A stretch of DNA of 64,000 nucleotides from Octopus vulgaris (taxonomy: Eukaryota): positions 130,076,001 through 130,140,000 of the forward strand of contig OX597816.1 of the NCBI GenBank assembly GCA_951406725.2, given 5' to 3'. The translations under genes were made by a program, and so were the position numbers. The notes beneath the pieces were generated by a model. It saw only the letters and a list, made by a program, of their open reading frames with translations. It ran no database searches and had not been told where the DNA came from. How positions within the stretch are numbered: position 1 is the first letter of the stretch; each line of letters opens with the position of its first letter. This document shows positions 37,917-50,757 of the stretch, piece by piece.

Positions 37917-39324
37917 CTGAAAATAAAAAATAGTTAAAGTTGAACAACATATCAGAACTTAAATGTAAGAAAATTTAATTATTTTTATAAACTGACATAT
38001 TCACTTACATGATCAATATATAAATTAAACTAGTCAATACATTTTCAAAGTGGATTGTATTCAAGATTGCTCATTCTAGTTTTTGAAATAAACTTATTTC
38101 TAACATTAGCCATTTTTAAAAATCATTATATGTTACATTACTTTAAACTGTTTTCCTGGCAGGGGCAGCGGGTGGATCCTAAAGTGCCTCATGGCAAAAA
38201 TCAGTCCCCTATGCAGATACACACTAAACTCCACACAGTCCTCATCCATGCATAACCTCAATAGCTTTAGTTAGACATTTTTATCTTCCAGAATAAAAAA
38301 TTTAAGATATATCTTGAAAAGGAAATCTTTGATCCAGTTTCATTTCATATGTTGTCTAAATTTAACAAATGATCTTATGAGAGTTATCTCTCTTACTCTT
38401 TTCTTTTCTTTTCTTTTTTTGTTTTGTTTTTGTACACCCCACTGGAGGGAACTTTTGTATTGATGGCTTGTGTAGTCTCAGTTAACTGAAGCTTTCAATT
38501 CACTATGTTATTTGTGTAAGTCCTTACTGTACTCTTATTTAGTATGCAGAAAAAAATCCCTTTGTTTTTATCTTTTTTTTTTTAAATCAAAGAAGTAAGA
38601 CTGGTATTCATAATCTTTGCAGATTTCCAAGATTGGTAAAACAAAAGTTAATGTTTGGCTTGAACTTCTGTAGGAAAAATATGATTGAAAAAATTAGGCA
38701 AAGTGTCAAGTGCAAGATTTGAAGGAGTAAGACAGTAGGAATGATAAAGGGCAGTTGTAAACCTGAACAAAAGTGATACACTGCATACTACATCATAAGA
38801 GCAGAGACTGTGGTAGCTGCTACATAATAAGCAAAAAGAAACAACATAGCTGTAAGACTGTAGTTGTACTGTGTTGATAAGTTTACTAGTTAGCTAAATT
38901 CCTTTTCTTCTTTTTTTTAATGCTAAGATGCTTGTGTAGTAACAGCAGTGTTCCATTTATGTGAACAGTACTCCAATGGAGATCTTACTTTAGATCTTAC
39001 AAGATCAGGAACTGATCAATGATAAAGTAAAGAAACCTGGTATAAATATAATTATATCCTTAGTATCTGGGATGCAGTTATGATTGTGAGGCTAAGCATT
39101 TGAAGCAGATTTGGGAGTTTTAATTACATTTACCATATAAAGTGTAGTGTTGCAAGATTATCATCTCCCAGTTGGAGAGAGATTCTTAAGTTTTTGTTTA
39201 TATAATCAATGCAAGTCTTACATAATTTGCTGTATGATACCTATGTGCAATATGTTAATCATAGGAGTGTGTTCTTGCACTGAGAAGTAACAGAAAAAAA
39301 TTATCAATATACAGAAAGAAAAAA

Positions 39325-39520
39325 GCAACAAGCTGGCAGAATCATTGGTATGCTGAGTAAAATGTTTAGTGAAATTTTCATCCATCTTTACATTTTGAAT
39401 TGAAATTCTACCAAGGTTGACTTTGTCTTACATCCTTTCAGAGTCAAACACTGGGATCAATGTAACTGACTTACCCCAACCCATGAAACTGCTATCCTTG
39501 TGCCAAAATTTGAAACCAAT
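39325..39520 (+). mobile_element. Degenerate SINE (second family, Meta/MESC-like central domain)
   Basis: AAGCTGGCAGAATCATT..AAATTCTACCAAGGTTGACTTTGTCTTACATCCTTTC; homologous to 49515-49744. Confidence 0.7.
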
Positions 39521-40768
39521 ATACAGAAGGAAGAATGTAGGAAATATAAACCAAAACTAGGCAAATAACAGAGTTGACAGAAAATGACTCAGAGAGAGTC
39601 CTGTACACTCAGGTTGGAATGAAGTGGTTTGACAGGAAACTTCCAAGAAGTGAAAAATGGAATGAGGCCATTGGTAAATAATGTAGCAAAGAGGTTCTTG
39701 TGCTTGACTCAGTTTAAAATAACAACATTACTTTTGTTGAAGTTCTAAAGGACAAAAGACCAGAAGTAAATACCACAGAAATCTGATCACTTGTGATCTA
39801 CAGAAGGGATATTCATAAAAATTTACCTTCTTAAAGATGGGACACTGTGTGAATCAGAAATTGAGGAGTTTAGTGAAAGTGGGAGCTAGGTCTGGAATGC
39901 ACTGTTTGGAGATACTAAAAGAAACACCATCAGAACTGGTGGCTCTGATGGGTTGGTTTGATCAATGAGGTCTATGTACTTGTCAAATACATTAATGTAG
40001 TAGTACAATAGATCAAGTCAAAGATAGTGTAGGCATGGTGCACATCTGAATTAGAAACAAAACAGGAAAAATATTTGCTAGTTTCATCTGCAAGTGTGCT
40101 AATAACAGCAATGTTGGTTGAGAAGTGCATGTGGTAAGATTCTGAAAAAGTAGTGACCTTCATAGAAAGGGAGCCATCAGAAATTTGGGTAAGCTTGAAA
40201 GTTTGTGTTGCAAAAAGGCACATTCTGCTTTCCTAAGGTCTGTCTTCGAAGTGTTGCAATAATGGGGAGATACCTCTAAGTTGGTCAAGATTACTTCCTC
40301 TAACTATTGCATAAGTAAGTAAGCTACTTAGGATTTTTATGAGAGAATTGAGACGTATCTCCTATGGTGAGTAAGTTGTTGCAAGGTAGGATGATGTGGG
40401 ATGGTTAAATTTAAGTAGTGATCAAATGATTTGATCAAAGCCAAAATGGTGCTAAGTAGAAGTTGAATAAATGTTGACAAAAGACAGAATTTAGAAAAGA
40501 GAAAGAAGTCAAACTGTTTGAATAGTTGGTGTGTTAGAGTTACACTTAAGTGAAGAGATTAACATCTACAACCAGAGAAACATCTTCCTGGGGTCGTTAT
40601 AAAGCCCATTTCTGAAAAAGAGGCAAAAAATATTTCATGCCCCAGCACGACTGCAGTCAAATGACTGAAACAAGTGAAAGAATAAATGAATATGCTGATA
40701 CTTTAAAAGTATACTCTACATTAAAATATTTCTCATACAACTAGAGTATCAAATGGTGCATTGTAAAC

Positions 40769-41563
40769 AAGTGGTTCTCAATGTTGGGCCTGGGAAAATT
40801 TTGAAGGTGCTTGAGAAAGTTTTGAGAGGGCCTTAGAAATTTTCTGGATTGGAAATAAGCTGTTTTTAGTATTCAAATTGTAGTCTTGACCAGCATTGCT
40901 GAAAGATTTTTCCAAAATGTAACGAATAAAATTCCAAAATGTAACAAATCTAAAAGATCAAAAAGGAAGTCTCTGATAACTGCACTTCAAAGTCACTGGT
41001 GTAGCTTTCAATTCACATGCAGTTTTGAATGCACTTATGAGAAAAACATCATAAGTGAGTAAAAATTTATTTTTATTTGTGAGTAACTAATCTACTTCTT
41101 GCTAATAAATAGTTCATTAATACTCCATCCTATTATCACACAGAATGGTTATGCTGACCATGAAACGTTATGAAGAGGAAGCATGATCTCCTTTTGCCAT
41201 TCATTATGTAATTAACAGTAATTTGTTAGTCTTACCAACCTAATTGAAAAACACCAACCGCAATGTAGCCATTAAATTGCTTCTTCATTTCTTGTAAATA
41301 TACTTTTCTTCCATCTTTAGATGGTTCATTTTCTTTTTGCTTGCAGGTTCCATAAACAAGAAGATATTATAACACTGATGTAGTATTCATTTAATGACTG
41401 TTATTGTACCTGTACATGAAGCTGGCATGTGGAAACAATTATTACTTTATGAGGTTTATATTCCGGAAGAGGGTCGGAGATAACTGGTTTAGAGGTCAGT
41501 GGGCCTGGAGTTTTTTGATCATAAAAAGTGGGCATGAAGGTGAAAAAAAGTTGAGAACCACTG
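40769..41563. mobile_element. Non-autonomous hAT (Charlie-like) element
   Basis: TIRs (A)AGTGGTTCTCAA / TTGAGAACCACTG; degenerate 8-bp TSD TTGTAAAC / TTCTAGAC (6 of 8 match). Confidence 0.6.
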
Positions 41564-42660
41564 TTCTAGACTGCATCCAAAGGAACAGATTCAAATAAAA
41601 ATTCATTCATTCAGTCACCTCCTTTAACTACTGGCTCATCAATTCTCCTTGATCCTTTTAATAATTTCTATCTATTGCTCCAGTTTCCATTCTTCTCATA
41701 TTGTCAACACTGTACCAACCCCAAAAGATCCTTCCTTTCCTGCTGTTATCAACTACACTAACTTTATGGTTAAAACTTATTCTAATTTTCCCCTCAATCC
41801 TTATTCTACAATAATGCACCACTATGAAATTAAGTACTCAAATCTCCCCACCCCACCAAATGAAAAGCATTAAAATCACATCAACCTCACCTATCTCTAT
41901 CAGCTAAAAGAAGGCTTGAAAGTACTTAGGGTTCTGATCATTACCTGAACACTGATTAAAAATAAAATCTTTATGACAAACATTTTTTTCCCATTAAGAA
42001 TACATATTTTAATATTTCATCTAAAAGTTTACATTTGTGTTGACCTTTAGCAGTACCTTGGTTGCCTCTTAGAAGTTCTGAATGATATAGCACTGTATGT
42101 CCACTCATGTAAATACAGAATCAAAAGTCCTTGACATACACATATAAATACACATGTGTGTGTGGTAATCAAAAAGAAGGCATAGGACACTAGTTATCAT
42201 AGCCAAAACAGATCATGAAGGACAAAGCACTAGCATTGATAATTTTTTAAACCAGCAAGATTGCATCATTACAAGTGATCACAGCTACAGCAGCTTCAAG
42301 TTTTTAACGTTCGAGGTCTATCCACTTAATGTTAGATGAAAGGTTGCCTTAGGTCACCACTCACTGTCTCTTTTATACTTTCTCTCTGAAACATTTAAAA
42401 ACACAAAACGAATACCGCCACCACTCATTGTCTCTTTCACTCTCTCTTACTTCCTCACTCGCTTTGCCACTTCTTTGAAGTGTGACGCACACAACAGGTA
42501 TGTACAAAAGCAAAAAGTTTGCATATTAATATTATTGATTTGTTGGTGTGTGTGTGTGTATATGTAACTGAAACCTTCTCTTCTATCAGCTTCCCTTATT
42601 AAATAACTCAACCTATGGAAATTTCAATAATAGTTTCAAGAACAAACCAGGATATCAATA

Positions 42661-42731
42661 TACCAAAACCCAGGAATGAACCAAGGATCTTTAGAGCTTC
42701 AGTCTCACACTCTCAACTGAGTTATTTTTAC
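42661..42731 (-). pseudogene. tRNA-Phe(GAA) pseudogene
   Basis: GTAAAAATAACTCAGTTGAGAGTGTGAGACTGAAGCTCTAAAGATCCTTGGTTCATTCCTGGGTTTTGGTA is a decayed copy of metazoan tRNA-Phe; acceptor stem broken. Confidence 0.75.
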
Positions 42732-43067
42732 TCTCTGTAAATGTCCTCATTATTTTACTAATGCATATTTACTGCCATTAATGTAACAATATTTTGCTAA
42801 TTATTACCAAACAGAAGGAAAATGAGAAGGAAAAAAGTTCTTTCCAAATCGTAAAAGGCTTGTTGTATTTTTATACAAGTTTACACATTTCTTTTACATG
42901 TTTAGATTTGTCTGAAATCTATTTACATAAATAACAGATGTAGTTTTTGCAAAAACACTCCTAACACCCAACACTTTTACAATTAGACATACCAAATATA
43001 CACAATTCATTTGTTGCTCAAGCTGCTGAAAATAGTCAAAACTTTAATATATCATGCTATACAGGAC

Positions 43068-43662
43068 AATATAGTTCCAGATATATAAATGACAAGATTA
43101 TCAAGACTGGAATGCTTTGCATCATAGCTTTTCAACTGATCTGGGATTACCTAATAACATAAAGTTTGCTTCAAGCCAATGATATTATTAGACTGACAGA
43201 AACCAACCTCCTGACAGTTTTTTGCTAGTCTTTCTAATAACGCTTCTCACTTAGGTATTTCAGCCTTCCACAACAATCCAATTTTTGTTCAATTCATCAA
43301 TTATTTTTCTATACAAGAACTGGTTATTTGCTGGTATATTTTTTTTTACATATAAATTTAAACATTTGCTTACAATTGAATAAATAGGTTTTATAAATTG
43401 CTTTTTCTACTGCCATAAAATAAAGAATTGAATCTGTTGTCAGCCAATTAAAGGCAGAATTATGTAAATTGAATAACTATGAAATACTTCATGTCTTTTT
43501 TTGTTGTCTTATTTATAGTTCCTGATATACAAGTGATGAGATTATCAAGACTAGAACACTTTTCATCATAGCCTTTCTGGGATTACATGACAACATCAAA
43601 GTTTGCTTCAAGTCAATATTACACTAGCAGAAACCAAACTCCAGGTTGTTTTCTGCTGGTCT
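43068..43662 (+). repeat. Diverged local direct duplication (~150 bp units at ~43068-43232 and ~43514-43662)
   Basis: Shared ATAGTTCC.GATATA.AA.TGA...GATTATCAAGACT, CTGGGATTAC, AAAGTTTGCTTCAAG.CAAT and CAGAAACCAA.CTCC. Confidence 0.7.
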
Positions 43663-44207
43663 CTCATACACAAACAAGCTTCCATGCAGTTTCTATCTAT
43701 CAAATTCCACTCAAAATGTATTGATCCACCCAAAGCTATGGTAGAAAAAACTTGCCCAAGTTGCTATGCAGTGGAATCAAATCCAGAATTGTATGAAAAA
43801 GTGAACTACTTAATCACACAGCCTTGCCTCCTTACATTTTCTTTACCTTCCTTAGCCATCATTACTCATTTAGAATATTTTAATATTTATGTTCATTGTT
43901 AAAATCTAAAAGAAACATTTATAAGAAATATTTTACAAATTTTACTGTGCTTTATCAATCAATAGTAAAGGAAGGAAGGTCAGGTGGACAGATTGGGTCA
44001 GTTGGTAGGCAGCAAAATCATGAAATATTTAGGATAGGATTTTGAAATCAAGAACAACAAAGCAAAAGTTGGCACCATAACCTTTCAACAAATAGTACTT
44101 CTTAAGTATAACTGTTCAGAAAATGTGTGGGCAAGGTATTGCATTACCACTCGTCAGTTGTAAGAGTTCAAATCAACAGCAGATGTTTCATCTGAACAAG
44201 ATATTAA

Positions 44208-44407
44208 CCCTTTTGTTACTAACCTGGCTCTGTGGTAAAATGTCTTGTTTTCATAAGTTTTGAATTAAAATATTCAACCAAACCTTAGTCACAATTTACG
44301 TTCCTAACACTAGCTTAATGATAACAAAGTTATTTTACTAAATTCTTTTTTATGTTTAAAATAATTGAAAGAAACACAGACCATCTCAAAATACAGTAAC
44401 GAAAGGG
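44208..44407. mobile_element. piggyBac-like MITE (second family)
   Basis: TTAA|CCCTTTTGTTACT ... AGTAACGAAAGGG|TTAA. Confidence 0.8.
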
Positions 44408-45244
44408 TTAAATAACTATTTACTCAGCAGTAGAGCTACCAGATCATCTAGGAATTTTACCGGCAATAAACTTACATCAAATAAAAGGGAAATTTAAATC
44501 TCACTTGTTTAATTCCATGAAACTAGTTTAAGTAAATATTTGGCATTAGAAAAATATATATTAAATAATATAGATTGAAATTTTTCTAATTTTTCATGTA
44601 GTTCTGGCTACATTTTGCATCATGAAATATAGAGATCAAGTTTAGATAAAGAAAGCGATTGATAAATGCATTGGATTTTGCATTTGTTAAAAAAATATCA
44701 TTGGCTGTAGATTGATAGTAACAAAATGGATATAGTTTAATGTAGAAATTTAAAATAAATATAAAAAATTTTTTTTTCTATTTTTTTAAAACTTCTTATA
44801 TGTTTTGGAAAACATGTCAGTGAATTAGATAAAAAAAAGTCAACTTTTTCTTTTATTTTAATGATTTCAGTTTCCTAATACACAAGAAATAATTTAACTA
44901 AAACATTTATAAGATAAAACAAAACATTTTTACTGATTTGTTTTTTCAATTTGTTAATCTGTAAAGAATGAATAGAGTTATGAGACAATCTTGGATTGGA
45001 AAGACTGGTATTCTTAATCAGCTCTTTTAAAAGTATACTTATTATTCATAGCTAAAGAACATTTCATTGATATTGGCTTTGCTAAATTCAGAATATGGTC
45101 TTCTCAAAACAACACTTTTAAAGATACTTAAACAAGGACATTGTGAAGTTTTCTATGTTTTCATAAGAGATAATGCATGCTGTTAAATTTCATAAAATTG
45201 TCAACATTGAATTGCAAAATGCACTAGAGGTTTGTATTAATAGC

Positions 45245-45282
<38 letters not shown>

Positions 45283-45284
<2 letters not shown>

Positions 45285-46020
45285 TCATCATTTAACATCC
45301 ACTTTCCATGCTGGCATGGGTTGGACAGTTTGATTGAAAACTGATAAGCTGGGGGGGCTGCACCAGGTTTCAATCTTCCTAATGCACCAGGTTCCAATCT
45401 TACTAATGCCAACCAGTCTAAGAGTGTAGTGGGTGCTTTTTATGTGCTGCCAGCATGGGTGCCATTAACCTGACACCAGCAACAACTACAATTTCACTCG
45501 GTTCAACAGGTCTTCACAAGCACAACATATTGCCCAACAATTGAAGGGTGCTTTTAATGGGCCAGTTACATGATACTGGCATCAGCCATGTCTACAATCT
45601 CACTCGGTCGCAGTTGCTTGTTATCCTCTGTGAGGTCCAACATTTGAAAATCATGCATCACCACCTCATCCCATGTCTTCCTGGGTCTACCTCTTCCACA
45701 GGTTTCCTCCACCATTAGAGTGCAACACTTTTTCACACAGCTGTACTCATTCATATGCATCACATGACCATACCAATGCAGTCATCTATCTTGCACACCA
45801 CATCTGATGCTTCTTATGTACAACTTTTCTCTCAAGACGCTGACAATGTCGTGCATGCATACTGACATTACACATTCAGAGGAGCATGCTAGCTTCATTT
45901 CTTTCAAGCCTACATATGTTCTCAACAGTCACAGCCCATATTTCACTGCCATGTACCATGACTGTTTGCACAAAGGCATCATACAGTCTGTCTTTCATTT
46001 TGAGCGAGAGGCCCTTTCTT
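45283..46020 (-). mobile_element. RTE LINE 3' fragment
   Basis: KGLSLKMKDRLYDAFV, HGSEIWAVT and GRGRPRKTWDEVV plus the 3'UTR and (ATG)n tail. Confidence 0.85.
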
Positions 46021-47473
46021 ACCAACACACACACATATATACACATATAAACATATACATACATACACACACACACACACATATATATATATGTGCAAAC
46101 TGATAAATAATGAGAAAGCAGAATATACAGATGTGGCATACAATACTGTAATGGCCTGAAGTAATAGTGAAAAGGTTATTTCTGAAGAGAAAGGAACATA
46201 TTGAGGAGTAAAAAGGTTTTTTAAGAATATTTAATTGATAAGTGCATTGCTATAATATGTAGCAAAACATTTACTAATAAACAGCTGCTGATCTAATTAA
46301 TTAGGACAAGGCTGAAACAATTATTTGAGGAAATTCAGGCAAATTTCCATTTACCAAGATTCATGAAGCATTTTACTGAAATTACATGTAACAACATGCA
46401 TTTCACTAAAGTGCTCTAAACAGAGAATTCTACAGTGGACACTAATGTATAATCTAATGAACTGGCAATACATCCTTTAAGAATATGCACCTAAGTCTGA
46501 GTAGCAGTGGGAAAAATTCAGAAAGAATCTGATATATAAATTATGAACATATTTGGAAAATTTTCAGTTGGCCTCAGTTGTATAATGTTCTATAAACAAT
46601 TTGGCAAAATTTTATATCTGACTTTTTCATTAAAATACTTTAAAATTTCTATATTTTCATACTTGTTTAACATCCTTCAACTTGTCAACAATTGCTCTTG
46701 TCCTATGTATTAATATATCCTAGATTAGATTTGAACTTAGTAGCTTTATTTCTAATATAGTATTTGAACACTTAAACTGTATGTAATAGGGTTATGTGTT
46801 CAAACCTAACTTGTGGATATGTTATTAAATACAAAAAAGCATAATACAGTACACCAATCAAAATATCATGTAGAACAGAGATACATGAAAATGTTATTAG
46901 TCTAAAAATTTTTAATTATTTTATTTAGAGAGATAAATTCTTTTACCAATATTGAAATTGAGTAATTTTGAAAGGTATGTGAAAAATAATGTTTGTTATA
47001 TTTCTTCAAGAAAAACAGGTATTGGTATTATCTCTTACCAGTTAGGTAACTTGCATAATCAAGGTGAGCAGCAATTATATGCATTGATAACATTTTTTTG
47101 ACATAAATGCAGACATGCCTTCATAATTAAAAATTCTGCTTTGCAGCCACATGATTCCAATTCAATCTTGGTGTGTAGCACACTGATCAATAGCTTCTGA
47201 GAGGAATTTGACAGATTGAAACTGCACAAGTCTGTTACATATGTTTGTTTGTGTATGTTGTCTAAAGACCAGCATCATGGTTTATGTTGAGTCCTTTTCT
47301 ACCCTATAACTAAACTGGTCAACAAACACTTAAGAGTCATGGCGAAGATAAATTACTTCATAGAGTTTATTTAAAGAGTTTGTAAGTTTTCACACCTTAT
47401 TTATACCATTAAAATATCTTTAAAAAGAAAAATTCAGATAAATATACTTTTTAATTCTTGTATTTATTCTTAC

Positions 47474-47596
47474 CTGGCCATTTGAAGAATAATTATATTG
47501 TCTCTCAAAAAGTTTTTCAATGAGACTAATATTTCCTTCCAGGTGAATATTATTCATTTGCCCATTATTGAGATAACCAAATCCTGTAGACAATGT
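47474..47596 (-). CDS. MEIOC: MEIOC coding exon 2
   Basis: ttcttttccag| and CAG|gtaaga; 123 nt, phase 0-0, open: TLSTGFGYLNNGQMNNIHLEGNISLIEKLFERQYNYSSNGQ. Assigned on splice sites and phase, not homology. Confidence 0.75.
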
Positions 47597-48439
47597 CTGG
47601 AAAAGAACATAGAATATATATGTATATTAAATGCATGCATTGATAATCATTGTAAACAGTGTTTTTCCATTTAATATCAGTTATATTGGTTATTTAATAC
47701 AGCCATAAAAAGAATTGACATTGCTAACTACACATATACACAAAAAAAAAAAAATGAAAGAAAGAAAGAAATTTCATATAAACAAATGAGTTTTAAGAGC
47801 AGTTTTGGTAACCATTTAAAAAATAACTCACTTAAAAAATAAGCTCACTTTGAGGAAGATAATGTTACATTTTTATCAAGATATATATGGACACCAAAGG
47901 AACCCAGCAGGTTAGCCAATGGTCAATCATCAAGTACTTCATGTGTTAGTTAAATGAAGTAGAGCCACACAAGCCAGTTGATAGATTATACTGACACTAT
48001 TTCAATATATTAAACAGAGAATGGAAATTATATGAACAAAACAAGAAAGAATATAACATAGAGAGCGAGAAATTGAAGTGTTTGTGTATGGACAAACTTT
48101 GTGGTGTGATATCTGAAGATGATGGAGGGAACATTGTATAGGCTAATGACCTTTTTGGTTTGAAGTAATTGGAGGTATTTATGCATTTGGTCCATGTGTA
48201 TACAAAGTGGGGAACCCTCGTGGAGAGGAAGGGTAAAGATTTGGAGGGAATTTACCAAGTGTATATAGTGTGGAGTTGGATGCTAAGTGGGTAATGCATG
48301 GAGGTGCTGGTCACTGAGTTATTATAGATGAGAAATGGAGGAAAAGAAGGTACTGCAAAGATGGTAGGGATTCTTTGGCAAGAGACTGAGATGACTGGTG
48401 GCAATTTGGGAGGCCAGATAGCTTAAGTGCTATGTGATG

Positions 48440-48975
48440 CATGAAGGCAGCTTTTGCAGTTTGGATAATTGCAAGAGTTGTCTTTTTATTGGATGGCTGT
48501 TATGAGTTTGATCCACATGGTCAAACAACAAATGAAGCATTTTATTTGGATACCATGAGGCATTATAAAGGAAATATGAAGGAAGAAGCTTGAGATGTGG
48601 ACAAACAAAACCTGGATGTGGCACAATGACAGCACTATTTAACCATGACTTTTTGACAAAGCACAAGATAATTCTTGTCTCTTAGCTGCCTTACTCTCCA
48701 GAATTAGCCCTACTGCAGATTTTTTTTTTCCTGTTCTTAAAGTTGAATCCACCCAAAAAAGTTTGTCTATTTTAGATGATAGAAGAAATGGAAGAAAATT
48801 TGCAACAATTACTGCGTACTACTTTTGAAAATACAGTCTACGGCATTCAAGCAAAAAAGAAAAAAAAAAAATCTTGGGACCAATCTGTCAACAGTGGAAG
48901 GAACTATTTTAAAGGACAAGTTAGATTATGTATAAAGCAAAAAAACTTATGGTTTCTTTTTGGTCAGACCTTGTA
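48440..48975 (+). mobile_element. Mariner transposase 3' remnant
   Basis: Decayed WMWHND, FLTKHKI, PYSPELA..ADFF and GRNYFKG motifs; TIR-like end GGTTTCTTTTTGGTCAGACCTTGTA. Confidence 0.65.
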
Positions 48976-49269
48976 GCATGAACACTTTATTTTACTTACA
49001 TAAAGTGGAGAATGGGCATAAGGATAAACCAAGCATATTCAATTATGCTAATTGATAAGAGTATCATCTTTTAAAAAAAAGCACAACGGAAACTTCATGG
49101 TGTGTCAGGAAACAGAACAGCCAAGATGTCTAAAAGGTTGCTATATTGCAATTCTGTTTGAACTATGCCGACATAGGAAACTGATAATTGATATCTAATT
49201 GCATCATTAGTCTAATCATTCACATTTGCATGCAAATTCACATTTTAATATTTTGTCCTTTGTTAGGAA

Positions 49270-49481
49270 AGTGGGCTCACAGAACCATTAGCATACTGAG
49301 CAAAATGCTTAGTGGCATTTCATCTGTCTTCACATTCTAAGTTCAGATTCTGTCATGGTCAACTTTACCTTTCAGCCCTTTTGGGATTGATAAAATGAGT
49401 ATCAGTTGAGCACTGGGGTTGACATAATCGACTTAACCCTCCCCCAAAATTGCTGGCCTTGTGCCAAAATTTGAAACCAAT
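49270..49481 (+). mobile_element. Degenerate SINE (Meta/MESC-like)
   Basis: GGTCAACTTTACCTTTCAGCCCTTTTGGGATTGATAAAATGAGTATCAGTTGAGCACTGGGG; inverted relative to the adjacent copy. Confidence 0.75.
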
Positions 49482-49514
49482 ATTTCATTCTTTGTCATAT
49501 ATATATATATATAT

Positions 49515-49744
49515 ATTTCTTTATTGCCCACAAGGGGCTAAACATAGAAGGGACAAACACGGACAGAAAAAGGGATCAAGTCGTTTACATCAACCCCAGT
49601 GCATAACTGGTACTTAATTTATCGACCCCGAAAGGATGAAAGGCAAAGTCGACCTCGGCGGAATTTGAACTCAGAACGTAACGACAGACGAAATACGGCT
49701 ATGCATTTCGCCCAGCGTGCTAACGTTTCTGCCAGCTTGCCGCC
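49515..49744 (-). mobile_element. Young tRNA-derived SINE (Meta/MESC-like central domain)
   Basis: GGCGGCAAGCTGGCAGAAACGTTAGC, B box GAGTTCAAATTCC, GGTCGACTTTGCCTTTCATCCTTTCGGGGTCGATAAATTAAGTACC; CpGs retained; flanks TTG(T/C)CATATAT. Confidence 0.88.
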
Positions 49745-49749
49745 TTGCC

Positions 49750-49794
<45 letters not shown>

Positions 49795-49805
49795 TACATA
49801 CATAC

Positions 49806-50291
49806 ATATGCATGAGGAATAGGACATCAAAAACCAAGGCAGAACGAGTATCTCAAGTCATTTATAATTTAATTAGGGTAAGGTTAATTTGAAGTCTTAC
49901 AGTTGTTTCTGAGAAAATTCTGCCTGGATTTACCTGGGGTTAAGTAAAAGGGCTTATACCTTCACGGAAGTACAGACCAACTTCCATACTTTCTGGAAAA
50001 AAGATGGACTGTAAATTTTTATTATCTTGTCTGTATTCTTAGATTTACTTCCACTCTTTATTTTTCTATTTTATTCCTTATAAACTGAATTTCCCTGTCT
50101 AGAACTTTCATTCATACTCACTTTGTCTCTGACGATGGAATACCCAGTGTACGAACATGCAAGCCTATCACTTGGGATATCCTAGAAACAGCTGTAAGAC
50201 TTCAAATTAATCTTACCCTAATTAAATTATTGTAAATGACTTGAGATACCTGTCCTGCCTTGGTTTTTGATATCCTTTTCCTCAAATGTAT
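49806..50291. mobile_element. Penelope-like pLTR remnant with ~105 bp inverted repeat
   Basis: 49806-49910 is the reverse complement of 50184-50291 (e.g. ATCAAAAACCAAGGCAG / CTGCCTTGGTTTTTGAT); contains a hammerhead motif. PLE assignment inferred from this combination. Confidence 0.7.
50125..50200 (+). ncRNA. Type I hammerhead ribozyme
   Basis: GTCT-CTGACGA-[stem II TGGAATACCCAGTG / CACTTGGGATATCCTA]-GAAA-C-AGCT-GTA|AGAC: intact core, stem I GTCT/AGAC, palindromic minimal stem III, GUA cleavage after 50196. Confidence 0.8.
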
Positions 50292-50444
50292 ACCTTCTAA
50301 CATGGAAGCCTAATTACAGATCCCTAACTGCAGCTTCAGCTATGAACTTGGAACCTAATGGATGATCAATTATAGCCCTTACTCAACATACCTATTCATT
50401 TAGATCACCAGTGTACTAAACTCCTTATATCATATATATATACA

Positions 50445-50757
50445 TCATTATCGTCTGCTTTCCATGCTAGCATGGGTTGGACGGTTCAACCGGGGTCTGG
50501 AAAGCCAGGAGGCTGCACCAGGCTCCAGTCTTATCTGGCAGTGTTTCTACAGCTGGATGCCCTTCCTAATGCCAGCTACTCTGTGAGTGTAGTGGGTGCT
50601 TTTTACATGCCACCAACACAGGGGCCAGAGGAGGCTGGCAATGGCCACAAATGGTTGGTGCTTTTTACATGCCATCGGCACGGATATCATAACTACAATT
50701 TCCATTTGATTTTTATTTTGATGTACTTCACTCAATAGGTTTCCTCAAGCACAGCAG
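50445..50757 (-). mobile_element. RTE LINE 3'UTR fragment
   Basis: Near-identical to 5577-6035 but with two repeat units. Confidence 0.85.

Noticed and set aside
39540-40600. Possible old LINE endonuclease/RT fragment on -
   Set aside because: Too decayed to read diagnostic motifs confidently.
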